The translations under genes and the position numbers were made by a program. The notes below the pieces were generated by a model. That model made no database searches, had not been told where the DNA came from, and worked only from the letters and a program-made list of their open reading frames with translations. Shown here piece by piece: positions 6,890 to 15,383 of a stretch of DNA of 27,310 nucleotides; the stretch's first letter is position 1, and each line of letters begins with the position of its first letter. Source of the stretch: Candidatus Cloacimonadota bacterium (lineage in GTDB: Bacteria; Cloacimonadota; Cloacimonadia; Cloacimonadales; TCS61); the NCBI GenBank assembly GCA_030628755.1, contig DAOVQH010000001.1:1-27310 (forward strand). The letters are read 5' to 3'.

Positions 6890-8749
6890 TTAACGAAGAA
6901 GGATCATTTTCTTAATCGCTTTTGTTTTATTGTTAACTACTAATTTATATAAGTAAATCCCTGAGCCAACGGGTTGGTTATTTTCATCGGTGCCGTTCCA
7001 GATAACCTCTCTTGTTCCTAAACCCCTGTTTGGGAACAAATCAAAAGTTCTTACCTTCTGACCTTTGATATTGTAAATTTCAAGATTCACAAACGGGAAT
7101 CCGTCTGAGCCAGACACAGCGCTTTGTGTTACAGAAAAATAAATCGTTGTTGTCAGTTTGAATGGATTAGGATAATTAATTACATAATTAATATTATCTT
7201 GAATTGAATTTTCCATTGCTGAAGAAGTATCAAGAATCTTGAAATCGGAAACTACAGGTAAGTGGTCAGAAGCATTGGTAACATCATCGGGGAATAGCCC
7301 ATATGCTGCTAATGTATCTGCTTCCATTTCAGGAGTAAATAAAACAAAGCTGTTCTCAGAATAGAGCACATAATCGCTGTAGATCATGAAATCCAAACGT
7401 CCAGGAGAATACGAGCTGGATTCGGAAAACCAGGTATAATACATCAGTAATTCCGTCTGACGTGGCGTTAGATCCCAAAAATCACTTCCATCCCAGTCCG
7501 GGGAAAAACTGGGTCCAAATTGCGGGTTAACGATTTCTCCGGTAATCAGTGTTTCCAGTTGTTGAGCATATCCCACCAGATTCAAATCACCTGAAATTAA
7601 AATAGGTGTATTCTCTACCAGTTCAAGAACTCCTCCGGGTTCTTTAGCTTCTCGAATAAATGCCATCAACTCATCAATTTCCAGTTGGCGTTCGATGTTC
7701 TGATTTCCCGAAGATAGATGAGCAACAATGAATAAAAGCTGGCAGTTATCTTGTGAGGATAGATCGATAAGAAAAGCACCACTTCTGTTTATCTCATAGG
7801 ACTCAAGTATCGGAAAACGACTGACTGCATAAACATCATCATTATATATCAAGGAGCAATACCACTGCTCTTCCGGTCCTGAAGGTAACATTGATTCTAC
7901 CAATGCTTGAACTTCCTGAGCTGTATAATAATAAATTTCCTGGAAACCGATTATATCAGGATTTATTGCGGAGAGGATTCTATCATAAGTATCATATAAG
8001 GAAGGTTCGAATATACTGTTATTTAAAACATTGTAGGTTAAAACTCGAAAATCCGTATCAGGTGCTCGTTGGAGGGAGATCTTTGTAATTGGTGGAAGAG
8101 GAGTTTCATCAAAATCATAGGAAATGGTTTCTTCAGAATTTGGCAGCATATCCTGACCGGGACCAGCATCATGGAATACAATTTTAAAAGAACTCTCAGG
8201 AAATAAATTATAACCGAATGGAGTAGAAGTTCTATCAATTGCTATTTCAAAAATGTTTGAAGATACAGTGGGAGCAGTAACGATTCCAATATGTTCATGG
8301 TAAATCGTATATGAATTAGAGGATATGAAAAATAATCCTTGCCGATCACCAAAATCCCATTTCACATCCGCACCGATTCCATTGATCTGGATGCCTGTAT
8401 TTTCATTGTTATCAGTATCCAGAAAAAGTGAAATCTGGTTGTCATTTTGAATATTGAGCTCTTCTCCGATTTCGATGTATAAAAACAGGAAACGTTCATC
8501 ATTGGCAATTTTTAATTCTCCAAAATCAAGAACTCCATATATTTGGTCTCCAATTGTATCGGAATAAAGTGTAGAAAGCGAATCCCAATCAGTGAATTTC
8601 CCCTCCAACCAGATTCGTGCTGATTGACCTCTGAGATTTGATTTTTTATTAGAAAATAAAAAAGATTGTCCATCCTGACAAAGATATGATCGTGAAAGAA
8701 ATATGGTTATAATTGTTACAAAAAGAAACGAAATATAAGTTTTTTTCAC
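6890..8749 (-). CDS. Secreted endonuclease/exonuclease/phosphatase (EEP) family protein with an N-terminal beta-sandwich-like domain and a FlgD-Ig/T9SS-like CTD
   Basis: GTG start with AAGGG RBS and a hydrophobic N-terminus. EEP motifs TYNV, DIIGFQE, HLSSG, GDLN, RLDFM, SDHLPV. CTD motifs NYPNPF, IYNIKGQKV, SGIYLYKL. Confidence 0.88.
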   Translation of the reverse strand: MKKTYISFLFVTIITIFLSRSYLCQDGQSFLFSNKKSNLRGQSARIWLEGKFTDWDSLSTLYSDTIGDQIYGVLDFGELKIANDERFLFLYIEIGEELNIQNDNQISLFLDTDNNENTGIQINGIGADVKWDFGDRQGLFFISSNSYTIYHEHIGIVTAPTVSSNIFEIAIDRTSTPFGYNLFPESSFKIVFHDAGPGQDMLPNSEETISYDFDETPLPPITKISLQRAPDTDFRVLTYNVLNNSIFEPSLYDTYDRILSAINPDIIGFQEIYYYTAQEVQALVESMLPSGPEEQWYCSLIYNDDVYAVSRFPILESYEINRSGAFLIDLSSQDNCQLLFIVAHLSSGNQNIERQLEIDELMAFIREAKEPGGVLELVENTPILISGDLNLVGYAQQLETLITGEIVNPQFGPSFSPDWDGSDFWDLTPRQTELLMYYTWFSESSSYSPGRLDFMIYSDYVLYSENSFVLFTPEMEADTLAAYGLFPDDVTNASDHLPVVSDFKILDTSSAMENSIQDNINYVINYPNPFKLTTTIYFSVTQSAVSGSDGFPFVNLEIYNIKGQKVRTFDLFPNRGLGTREVIWNGTDENNQPVGSGIYLYKLVVNNKTKAIKKMILLR

Positions 8750-8840
8750 AGGTTTCCCTTTTAAAAATAAAAAATAATTTTTAAATTCAATATCAAACTG
8801 AATTTTTTAACGTTTACGAATTTCTTAATTTTTAAAGTAT

Positions 8841-8856
8841 TGTCAAATATTTTTTA
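8841..8856 (-). promoter_or_regulatory. Possible -35 box with upstream A-tract for the EEP gene
   Basis: Perfect TTGACA at 8846-8841 preceded by an A-tract. No convincing -10 at 16-18 nt. Confidence 0.2.
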
Positions 8857-8876
8857 AAATCAGGTTTATATGAGAA

Positions 8877-9719
8877 TTAGTATTTTTTTAAAGTTAAGAA
8901 AAGTTTTTTATTATTCAGAATAAGTCTAGGATCGATGCGTTTACTTTTCCAACCAACACCCCAATGCAGGTGATTTCCAGTTGAACGTCCAGTAGAGCCC
9001 ACCTCGCCAATTTTATCGCCTTTGAGAACATAATCTCCCTTTTCCACACAAATCCTGCTCATATGAATGTAAATGGAGCTTAAACCAGAACCATGATCCA
9101 TTAGAACGAATTTTCCATTGTAGAAATAATCACCTATAAGAGCAACTACTCCTGTGCTCATAGCTTTAATTTCTGTTCCTTCTGAAGCAGCGATATCATA
9201 TCCATTGTGGGGAGAAATAGGAATACCATTAAGTATTCTATTACTACCAAAAACCCCGGTTACCTTTCCATTTTCAATAGGTATAGTAAAATTCTCAAAG
9301 TAGATGTTAGAATTTTTGTAGAGCTTTTTCCTTGTTTTTTTAAGAGTATCAGATTCACTTTCGAGCCTGTTTATCAGTTCTTCTTCTGTCGGTTCTTCAA
9401 GATACTTTGCTGGAATGCCATCAATTCTTTGAGTATCATATTCCCGTTTGGTTATGAAGAACTTAATAGTTTCCATTTTGCCATTTTGCAAAACAAGAGT
9501 GAGGATGTGTCTGAGTTTTTCATCCCTATCGAAACCGATTATGAATTCATGCTCTGAGATTGGAATTTCTTCATAATTTAGAAAGACTTTTTCTATATTC
9601 TCATGGATATTTCCTATTAGAATTCCACCTTGAATTGCGTTTCCGTGCAGAGTTAGAAGTTCATCAGCATAAATTTGAATAGAAATTAACAGCAGACAAA
9701 GAATAAACAATCTTTTCAT
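8877..9719 (-). CDS. M23 family metallopeptidase
   Basis: HNGYDIAA (HxxxD), YIHMS, GSTGRSTGNHLHW (HxH). N-terminal signal peptide. Confidence 0.92.
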   Translation of the reverse strand: MKRLFILCLLLISIQIYADELLTLHGNAIQGGILIGNIHENIEKVFLNYEEIPISEHEFIIGFDRDEKLRHILTLVLQNGKMETIKFFITKREYDTQRIDGIPAKYLEEPTEEELINRLESESDTLKKTRKKLYKNSNIYFENFTIPIENGKVTGVFGSNRILNGIPISPHNGYDIAASEGTEIKAMSTGVVALIGDYFYNGKFVLMDHGSGLSSIYIHMSRICVEKGDYVLKGDKIGEVGSTGRSTGNHLHWGVGWKSKRIDPRLILNNKKLFLTLKKY

Positions 9720-9728
9720 AAATTAGAG

Positions 9729-10493
9729 TTATAATTTAATTCTTTCAAAAGTTTCGATCTTTATCCAACCACCGAGACCAATGGGAAGTTTTATCAGACA
9801 CCAATCATTTTCCTGTCTTTCAATTTCGAAGGTCATTCCTTCGTGGATTGTGAATACTCGAGTAAAATCATTGCTGGGTCCGCTGTAACCTATTGCAGAA
9901 AGAGCAAGCAGTACGCCCTCATTTTCTATATGATAATCTCTCCATTTCAATAAACTTAAAATCAAGAATATAAACAGGAAAAAGATTAAAATAGTTGTAA
10001 TAAAGAGAGGAACGGTTTTTTCCCGCTCTCGATAGAAAAGGATTGTAAGACAAATCAATAGGATTATCAAACTAAAAATTATGATTGTAATAACTGCCAG
10101 AAGGTTTATTGAAAAGGAATCAAATAGTCTTTTCCAGAACGACCTGATAACATCCTCAGAACCGGAGTCCTGTTTGTCTTTTGTGAAGGTAAGAACGAAT
10201 TCCAGATTTCTACGAGCAGGTTCATGGTTAGATTTAACTTTGAGCGCTTTTCTAAAATAGAGAATAGATCTTCCAATCTCATTCAATCGGAAATAGCAGT
10301 TCCCGATGTTATAAAAGAGGTTGGCATTGATAATTCCTTCATGTTCAATACTTCTGAATTTATTTAACGCATTTTGATAATCTCTTGATTCAAAGTCGTT
10401 CAAAGCTTCTTTAAAAATATTATCAACCTGTGAATTTGCAAGTAGTCCTACTGTTAGTAAAAAGAGGAAAAATACTGATACTGATTTTCTCAT
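9729..10493 (-). CDS. batE: BatE-like protein (TPR + membrane helices + SH3-like C-terminus)
   Basis: LFYNIGNCYFRLNEIGRSILYFRKAL TPR, two hydrophobic helices, C-terminal IHEG...WCLIKLPIGLGGWI. Position in the operon fits. Confidence 0.85.
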   Translation of the reverse strand: MRKSVSVFFLFLLTVGLLANSQVDNIFKEALNDFESRDYQNALNKFRSIEHEGIINANLFYNIGNCYFRLNEIGRSILYFRKALKVKSNHEPARRNLEFVLTFTKDKQDSGSEDVIRSFWKRLFDSFSINLLAVITIIIFSLIILLICLTILFYREREKTVPLFITTILIFFLFIFLILSLLKWRDYHIENEGVLLALSAIGYSGPSNDFTRVFTIHEGMTFEIERQENDWCLIKLPIGLGGWIKIETFERIKL

Positions 10494-10500
10494 CGAGCCC

Positions 10501-12279
10501 TCAGATTTTCATTTTTGAAATATCACTTACAATTTCTTTCAGGAGTTTGTAGTCGTTATCAATGTTTTCTTTGGAAAAACCACCCGGCATAAAACGAGCC
10601 TGGTTACATTTCTCAAAAATGTTTTTGATTTTATCCATAGTTTCATCAGGAATTTCCCCTTTTCCAATTTCCGAAAGAAGCTGTTCTGTAGAACTGCCAC
10701 GAGGGATTTTCAATTTATCTGCAAGGTAACTGCTCAAACCAACCTGAGCAGCCAAGTAGAAGTCTATATCTACTTTTATAACGTGTTCGGAAGCTTGCTT
10801 CATATATTTCTTTAAAATCTTATTTGCCTGCTTTTGACGAAGGTAATCTATATTATATGCAAGTTTTCTCTGTTCATTTGAATATACCATAGAAGCTGGT
10901 ATTAACATCAACAAAATAACCCAGATCAGCCAGTAACCGAATCTATCCAGATAAACGATACTCGTTCTCATTTGTGTATCTGTAATAATAAATCCAATAT
11001 CAGAGCCTTCCATCTCCACGATAGATTGAGCAGTACTACTGGGAATAAAAGTTACATCTCCTTCCTGGACATTGATATTATATGACCTTGTGTTTTTGGT
11101 AATATATTTCTTCTGTGATGTATCGAAATAAGAAAAGCTGATCGATGGTATTATAAATTCTCCTTTTTCCTGAGCAATAACAAGATACTTGATTGTCTTA
11201 GTTCCGGAGATTTTATCTTTATTTATTTTGGTTGAAACTTCGGGATCGATAAAACGCAGGTTCTGGATTTCAGGTAGAATTGGAGGGTCAAACTGCTTTA
11301 AATTTCCTGAACCTGAGATTTTCAGAGTATAGGTAAAAGAATCTCCAACTTTAATATCTGTCTGGCTTGTGGTACTTGATATCCTGTAACTTCCCACAGC
11401 ATCGGAAAAATTGATTGGTCTGTTTTCTATTGGAAGTTCTTTAATGTTTATCGCTATTGGTTTGCTTCGTATGGTATATCGTTTGGTTGAGCCAAAATCA
11501 AAAAAGCTGTAGGATTGTGTTCTAATATCAACCTGAAGTTCTAATGAGGGAATTTCCAATCTGCCGGTACTCGTTGGGAATAAAGCAGTTGAGCGCATCA
11601 GCATCACATTGAACATTCTTCCATCATATTTTTCACGCTGGAAATTTATGTTTTCAGGCAAGAAAATATCTTCCTTCCAGAATCCATTGAAACTCGGTTC
11701 TGAACTAAAGGAAAGATTAGCAATATCGTAACGGGAATAAAGTTTATAATTAACGATTATAGGTTCATTTTTATAGACATTTCGTTTATCTACTCTGGCC
11801 AGCAGTAACAGGTTATCACTGAGATTTGTCGATTCCTGAGCATCTCTTTCTTTGAACCTGTTTGAAGGTGGAGGAGCAGGTTCTGTGCTACCTTTAATAA
11901 CTTTGATTCTTATCGGGTCAGTTGTAAAAACCTGTTTTTTATATTTTATGGTGATTGGCGGGATAATAAAGGTTCCGGTTTTTCTGGGTTGCAAAGTATA
12001 GGTGTAGCTTTTCGTGATCTCAGCAGTCATTCTACCATTAATTATAGAGTAAGATGAAGAAGAGGAACTGGAAGTTCCAAGGCTTTTAAAATTATCGATA
12101 TCAGGTAGTTCCGGTGGTTTAACATCGCCTGCTTTTTCCCCTGAAATCTCAATTGTGTATTTTAAATATTCTTGAATGCCAATTTTTGTTTTATCAACAT
12201 AAGTTTCGATTGAGATATCATCTGAAAAAACAAGTTGGGTTGCGAAAATCAAGATTATAACAAAAAGGTATTTTTTCAT
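10501..12279 (-). CDS. batD: BatD family protein
   Basis: Signal peptide, repeated Ig-like BatD segments (YTLQPRKTGTFIIP, DAVGSY, ISGSGNL), C-terminal TM helix and ARF motif. Confidence 0.9.
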   Translation of the reverse strand: MKKYLFVIILIFATQLVFSDDISIETYVDKTKIGIQEYLKYTIEISGEKAGDVKPPELPDIDNFKSLGTSSSSSSSYSIINGRMTAEITKSYTYTLQPRKTGTFIIPPITIKYKKQVFTTDPIRIKVIKGSTEPAPPPSNRFKERDAQESTNLSDNLLLLARVDKRNVYKNEPIIVNYKLYSRYDIANLSFSSEPSFNGFWKEDIFLPENINFQREKYDGRMFNVMLMRSTALFPTSTGRLEIPSLELQVDIRTQSYSFFDFGSTKRYTIRSKPIAINIKELPIENRPINFSDAVGSYRISSTTSQTDIKVGDSFTYTLKISGSGNLKQFDPPILPEIQNLRFIDPEVSTKINKDKISGTKTIKYLVIAQEKGEFIIPSISFSYFDTSQKKYITKNTRSYNINVQEGDVTFIPSSTAQSIVEMEGSDIGFIITDTQMRTSIVYLDRFGYWLIWVILLMLIPASMVYSNEQRKLAYNIDYLRQKQANKILKKYMKQASEHVIKVDIDFYLAAQVGLSSYLADKLKIPRGSSTEQLLSEIGKGEIPDETMDKIKNIFEKCNQARFMPGGFSKENIDNDYKLLKEIVSDISKMKI

Positions 12280-12411
12280 TTTGAAAAATATTTTAATTCT
12301 ATTTCTTTTTCATTATAAATAGATATTTAAAACCCCTTAAATAAAAATTGAATTTTCTGGCCCGATGATGCCAGATTCCTGTGTTTGAAGTATTATATTT
12401 GCAGAAATAAA

Positions 12412-12714
12412 TTATGTAAAATCTAACCTGCAAATATCTTCATCAGTTAATCCATATTTTTTTAACATATCAGAATGTTTCAGTAGAACAGCTCTTTCTT
12501 GATGATAATTTTCAGGATGATAATCAATTACAGCTTCGCCGAAGCTATCAATCAATATAAGTAATTCATCTTTTTTCATTAAATCTAATTTAATATCTAA
12601 TTCCCATTCATTAATAGTTTCAATTAATCTTCTTAAAACATCTTCTGCAGAAATGCTCAGAGCAGAATAATCAAAATTTATTCTTTTTTGTTTTAATATA
12701 TCAATCGCATTCAT
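12412..12714 (-). CDS. Hypothetical acidic helical protein (100 aa)
   Basis: Strong AAGGAG RBS and a clean ORF. No family recognised. Confidence 0.7.
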   Translation of the reverse strand: MNAIDILKQKRINFDYSALSISAEDVLRRLIETINEWELDIKLDLMKKDELLILIDSFGEAVIDYHPENYHQERAVLLKHSDMLKKYGLTDEDICRLDFT

Positions 12715-12784
12715 AATTTACTCCTTTATTGTTCTGTTATCTTTATATCATTTTTTTTTGAAATTATTTTGTCATATCCATCAT

Positions 12785-13384
12785 TTATTTATTCCATTCA
12801 ATGTGACTATTTATGTTAAACTTTTCATAACCATTTAACATATACTCACAGAATACTTTGAGTTCAGCATCATTATATTTATTTGCAAATTCATATAGTC
12901 TAATAAACATTTTCTTTCCGGTTTCAGTTTGTTTCAAGTTTTTCTTTTTAAAATTACATCGGGCACAAAGAACTTGTCCATTTTCAATAGTAGCTTTTCC
13001 ACCTTTATCTTTTGGTTTAATATGATCGATGTGTAATTCGACTCCTTCTTTTAATCCTCTTCCACATTGAACACATTTATAACCATCTCTTTTTAGTATT
13101 ATTTTTTTCTGTGCTTCAGTAAAATCTTCCAATTCTCTATTGGATACAAATTCCGGGTCATACATATAAATACCCTTTTTGACTTTTATTAGAAAACCCT
13201 TTTGATATAATTGTCTTATACCACGCCAAGTATCTCTTGGTTTTTTCCCATATAATTTTCGATATTGCTTTTCTACCCAATCTACTACTGGTCCGTGAGC
13301 TAATTCTTGTTTTGGGTGTTTTTTAAAATATTCAATAATTAAGTCATTAATGGAAATTCTTTTACTTTCATTTAATTCTTTCAT
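12785..13384 (-). CDS. HNH endonuclease with N-terminal winged-helix-like domain (putative restriction endonuclease)
   Basis: CVQC...LHIDHIKP...GG...ENGQVLCARCN: HNH motif with two CxxC pairs. ATG directly follows the methyltransferase stop (TAAATG). Confidence 0.85.
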   Translation of the reverse strand: MKELNESKRISINDLIIEYFKKHPKQELAHGPVVDWVEKQYRKLYGKKPRDTWRGIRQLYQKGFLIKVKKGIYMYDPEFVSNRELEDFTEAQKKIILKRDGYKCVQCGRGLKEGVELHIDHIKPKDKGGKATIENGQVLCARCNFKKKNLKQTETGKKMFIRLYEFANKYNDAELKVFCEYMLNGYEKFNINSHIEWNK

Positions 13385-14179
13385 TTAAAACTCCAATAAA
13401 TTTGTTTCTTTTAAAATTCTTTTTTTTGCTAATTCACAATAGTTAATGTCTATATCTACACCAATTCCAATCCTATTATTATTTGCTGCTTCTATTAAAG
13501 TTGTTCCACTACCAACGAATGGATCGAATACTATATCTTTTTGGTAACTAAATAATTTTATCGCTCTATAAGGAAGTTCACGAGGAAATGGTGCTGGATG
13601 ACCAATTTTTGATTTTTTTTCACCGCTGAAAGTCCAAACACCATTTGTCCATTCCATAAACTCTTTTTTAGTCATATCTGAAATTTTAGAACCTCGTGTT
13701 TTTTTCCATTGGTCTTTATAAAGTATAAGAATTAATTCAACTGGAGCAATTACATAAGGTGCTGAAGCTTTCATCCAAGAACCCCAAGCTGTTCTTCTTG
13801 AAATATTTCCTTCATTCCAAATAATAGTTGAATGATATTTCCAACCAATTTTCTGAGCAATAATTGTTAAATCAGCCCCTACACTTCTTTGTCCTCCTTT
13901 ATTTTTATCCAAAGGTATATTTAGGATAAACCTTGCTTGCTTTTTGCTCCAATTATAACAATTCTTCATCCATATTTCGGAAAATTCTAAATATTCTTCA
14001 TAACTCAATTCATCATCATTTGATTTATAGTTAATTCCAACATTGTAAGGAGGTGATGTAACAATCAAATCAATAAATTGTTTGTCAAATAAATCCTTAT
14101 TTCTTACATCTCCAAGAAAAAGAACGATTTTTTTATCTCTAAAATATTCTTTTCTTTCATCAAATTTAATTTGATCCAT
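13385..14179 (-). CDS. Beta-class amino (N4-cytosine or N6-adenine) DNA methyltransferase
   Basis: Catalytic DLIVTSPPY precedes the SAM-binding DPFVGSGTT. GHPAPFP motif. GGGAG RBS. Confidence 0.93.
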   Translation of the reverse strand: MDQIKFDERKEYFRDKKIVLFLGDVRNKDLFDKQFIDLIVTSPPYNVGINYKSNDDELSYEEYLEFSEIWMKNCYNWSKKQARFILNIPLDKNKGGQRSVGADLTIIAQKIGWKYHSTIIWNEGNISRRTAWGSWMKASAPYVIAPVELILILYKDQWKKTRGSKISDMTKKEFMEWTNGVWTFSGEKKSKIGHPAPFPRELPYRAIKLFSYQKDIVFDPFVGSGTTLIEAANNNRIGIGVDIDINYCELAKKRILKETNLLEF

Positions 14180-14323
14180 TTTTACTCCCCAATAATTTCA
14201 TTCAAACCATTATTAATTTGATACATTTCTATTTTATCAGCTTTCCCAATTTTCTTACCATTCTGATAACTACATTTATAGTACTTTTTTAGTCAATTAA
14301 AAATTGTGGTTTTGTAGAAATTT

Positions 14324-14398
14324 GAGATTGCTTCCTCCTTCGCTGAAGCTTTGGCGGGACAAGTCGTTTGTAACAGCAAGAAGAAACCTCGCAATGTC
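14324..14398. repeat. GAGATTGCTTC..GTCG...CCTCGCAATG REP-like element interrupted by a 28-bp CCTTCGC...GACAA insert
   Basis: gagattgcttc | ctccttcgctgaagctttggcgggacaa (14335-14362) | gtcg...cctcgcaatgtca. Confidence 0.65.
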
Positions 14399-14404
14399 AT
14401 CCTG

Positions 14405-14481
14405 ATTCAACAACTTCTAAACTTCACAAATCTTTGAGATTTGTTAAGTTTCCCCAGTTCAACCAATTCAACGAATTCAAC
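14405..14481. repeat. 33-bp hairpin within a 9-nt-period TTCAAC array
   Basis: aaacttcacaaatct-ttg-agatttgttaagttt (14419-14451, 14/15). TTCAAC at 14406, 14458, 14467 and 14476. Confidence 0.8.
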
Positions 14482-14485
14482 CGAT

Positions 14486-15157
14486 CTACCAATACTTTCC
14501 ACTTCTGGTTTTGTCAACACTCAATTTCTGTTTCTCTTTCTTCATCTCTTCTTTTTCTTTTTGCAAGAGTGCTTTCAGCATTTTTTCAGCATCTTCTTTT
14601 TTCTGGTCTTTCTTTTGTTGTTCTTGTTCTTCATCCTTTTTTTGTTGTTGGTCTTGCTGTTGTTGTTCTTTTTGTTCGTCTTTCTTCTCTTTGTCGTCTT
14701 TACTTTGCTGTTTTTGCTGCTGTTGACGATTCATTAATCTTGCAGTGAGTTCATAGTTATACCTGGCATCTTCATTAGACGGGTTTTCAATCAGGGCATT
14801 TCGATAGTTGTTAATAGCATTTTTCAGGTCTTTCTGCTGGAATTTTACATTTCCAAGATTCTGATAGGCTTTTGATTTATCTTTGAAATTTTCGTCCCGT
14901 AGAGTCATGGAGTAAGCATTTTCAGCTTCTTCTAATTTCCCGTTTTTGTATTGTGCATTCCCCTGGTTAAAATGAAGTTGACTATCTTTCGGATAATTTA
15001 TTGAATTTTCAGAGAATTTTTTCTCGGATTCTTCGAAATTGTCATTATTGTAGAATTTTATTCCCTTTAAATTCGTAAAAACTTTATCATAGGTTAAAAC
15101 TTCAGCAAACAAATTGAAACTAATCAATATAAATAAAAATATTAATAAATTTCTCAT
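14486..15157 (-). CDS. batC: BatC-like TPR protein with Q/K/E-rich low-complexity C-terminus
   Basis: TPRs LHFNQGNAQYK and AYQNLGNVKFQ, NPSNEDARYNYEL, C-terminal KYW. Start corrected to ATG 15157 (MRNLLIFL). Confidence 0.88.
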   Translation of the reverse strand: MRNLLIFLFILISFNLFAEVLTYDKVFTNLKGIKFYNNDNFEESEKKFSENSINYPKDSQLHFNQGNAQYKNGKLEEAENAYSMTLRDENFKDKSKAYQNLGNVKFQQKDLKNAINNYRNALIENPSNEDARYNYELTARLMNRQQQQKQQSKDDKEKKDEQKEQQQQDQQQKKDEEQEQQKKDQKKEDAEKMLKALLQKEKEEMKKEKQKLSVDKTRSGKYW

Positions 15158-15238
15158 AATCCTTAAATAAAATATCCTTTTGAAAAATAATTCAATAATC
15201 CACGAAACACACAAAAATACACGAAAAAAAATCTTTTA

Positions 15239-15302
15239 CATTCCCAAAGAGGGAACAGTTAAATTTGCTTCGCATTTAACGTCCTAAAGCTTTGGGAACG
15301 AG
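15239..15302. repeat. CATTCCCAAAG...CTTTGGGAACGAG palindrome containing a nested GTTAAAT...ATTTAAC hairpin
   Basis: Outer arms 15239-15249 and 15290-15302. Inner 7-bp stem 15258-15264/15274-15280. Confidence 0.7.
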
Positions 15303-15313
15303 TAGATGCCCAA

Positions 15314-15376
15314 TTCAACCAGTTCAACTGATTCAACCAAATAAAACTTAACAAGTTTTCGAAACTTGTTAAGTTT
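15314..15376. repeat. TTCAAC x3 (9-nt period) plus a perfect 15-bp-stem hairpin
   Basis: TTCAAC at 15314, 15323 and 15332. aaacttaacaagttt-tcg-aaacttgttaagttt (15344-15376). Confidence 0.85.
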
Positions 15377-15383
15377 ATACTTT

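Noticed and set aside
5226-9557. ORFs 5226..5420, 6478..6774, 7891..8088, 8038..8238 and 9207..9557
   Set aside because: Antisense or out-of-frame overlaps of well-supported genes.
14267-14296. TTGACT as a promoter for the methyltransferase
   Set aside because: No acceptable -10 element at 16-18 nt.
14434-14748. Phe/Leu-rich plus-strand ORFs and the Cys/Ser-rich 14511..14726 ORF
   Set aside because: Artefacts of the CAA/AAA/GAA-rich low-complexity tail of batC read in other frames; not a real Cys-rich peptide or membrane protein.
12280-15190. tttgaaaaata at 12280 and 15180 considered as island att sites
   Set aside because: Low-complexity AT-rich match that would include batC in the island; likely chance.
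14400-15376. TTCAAC periodic repeats considered as a CRISPR array or iterons
   Set aside because: Units are 6 bp with 3-bp spacers, only three per site, and no cas or rep gene is present.
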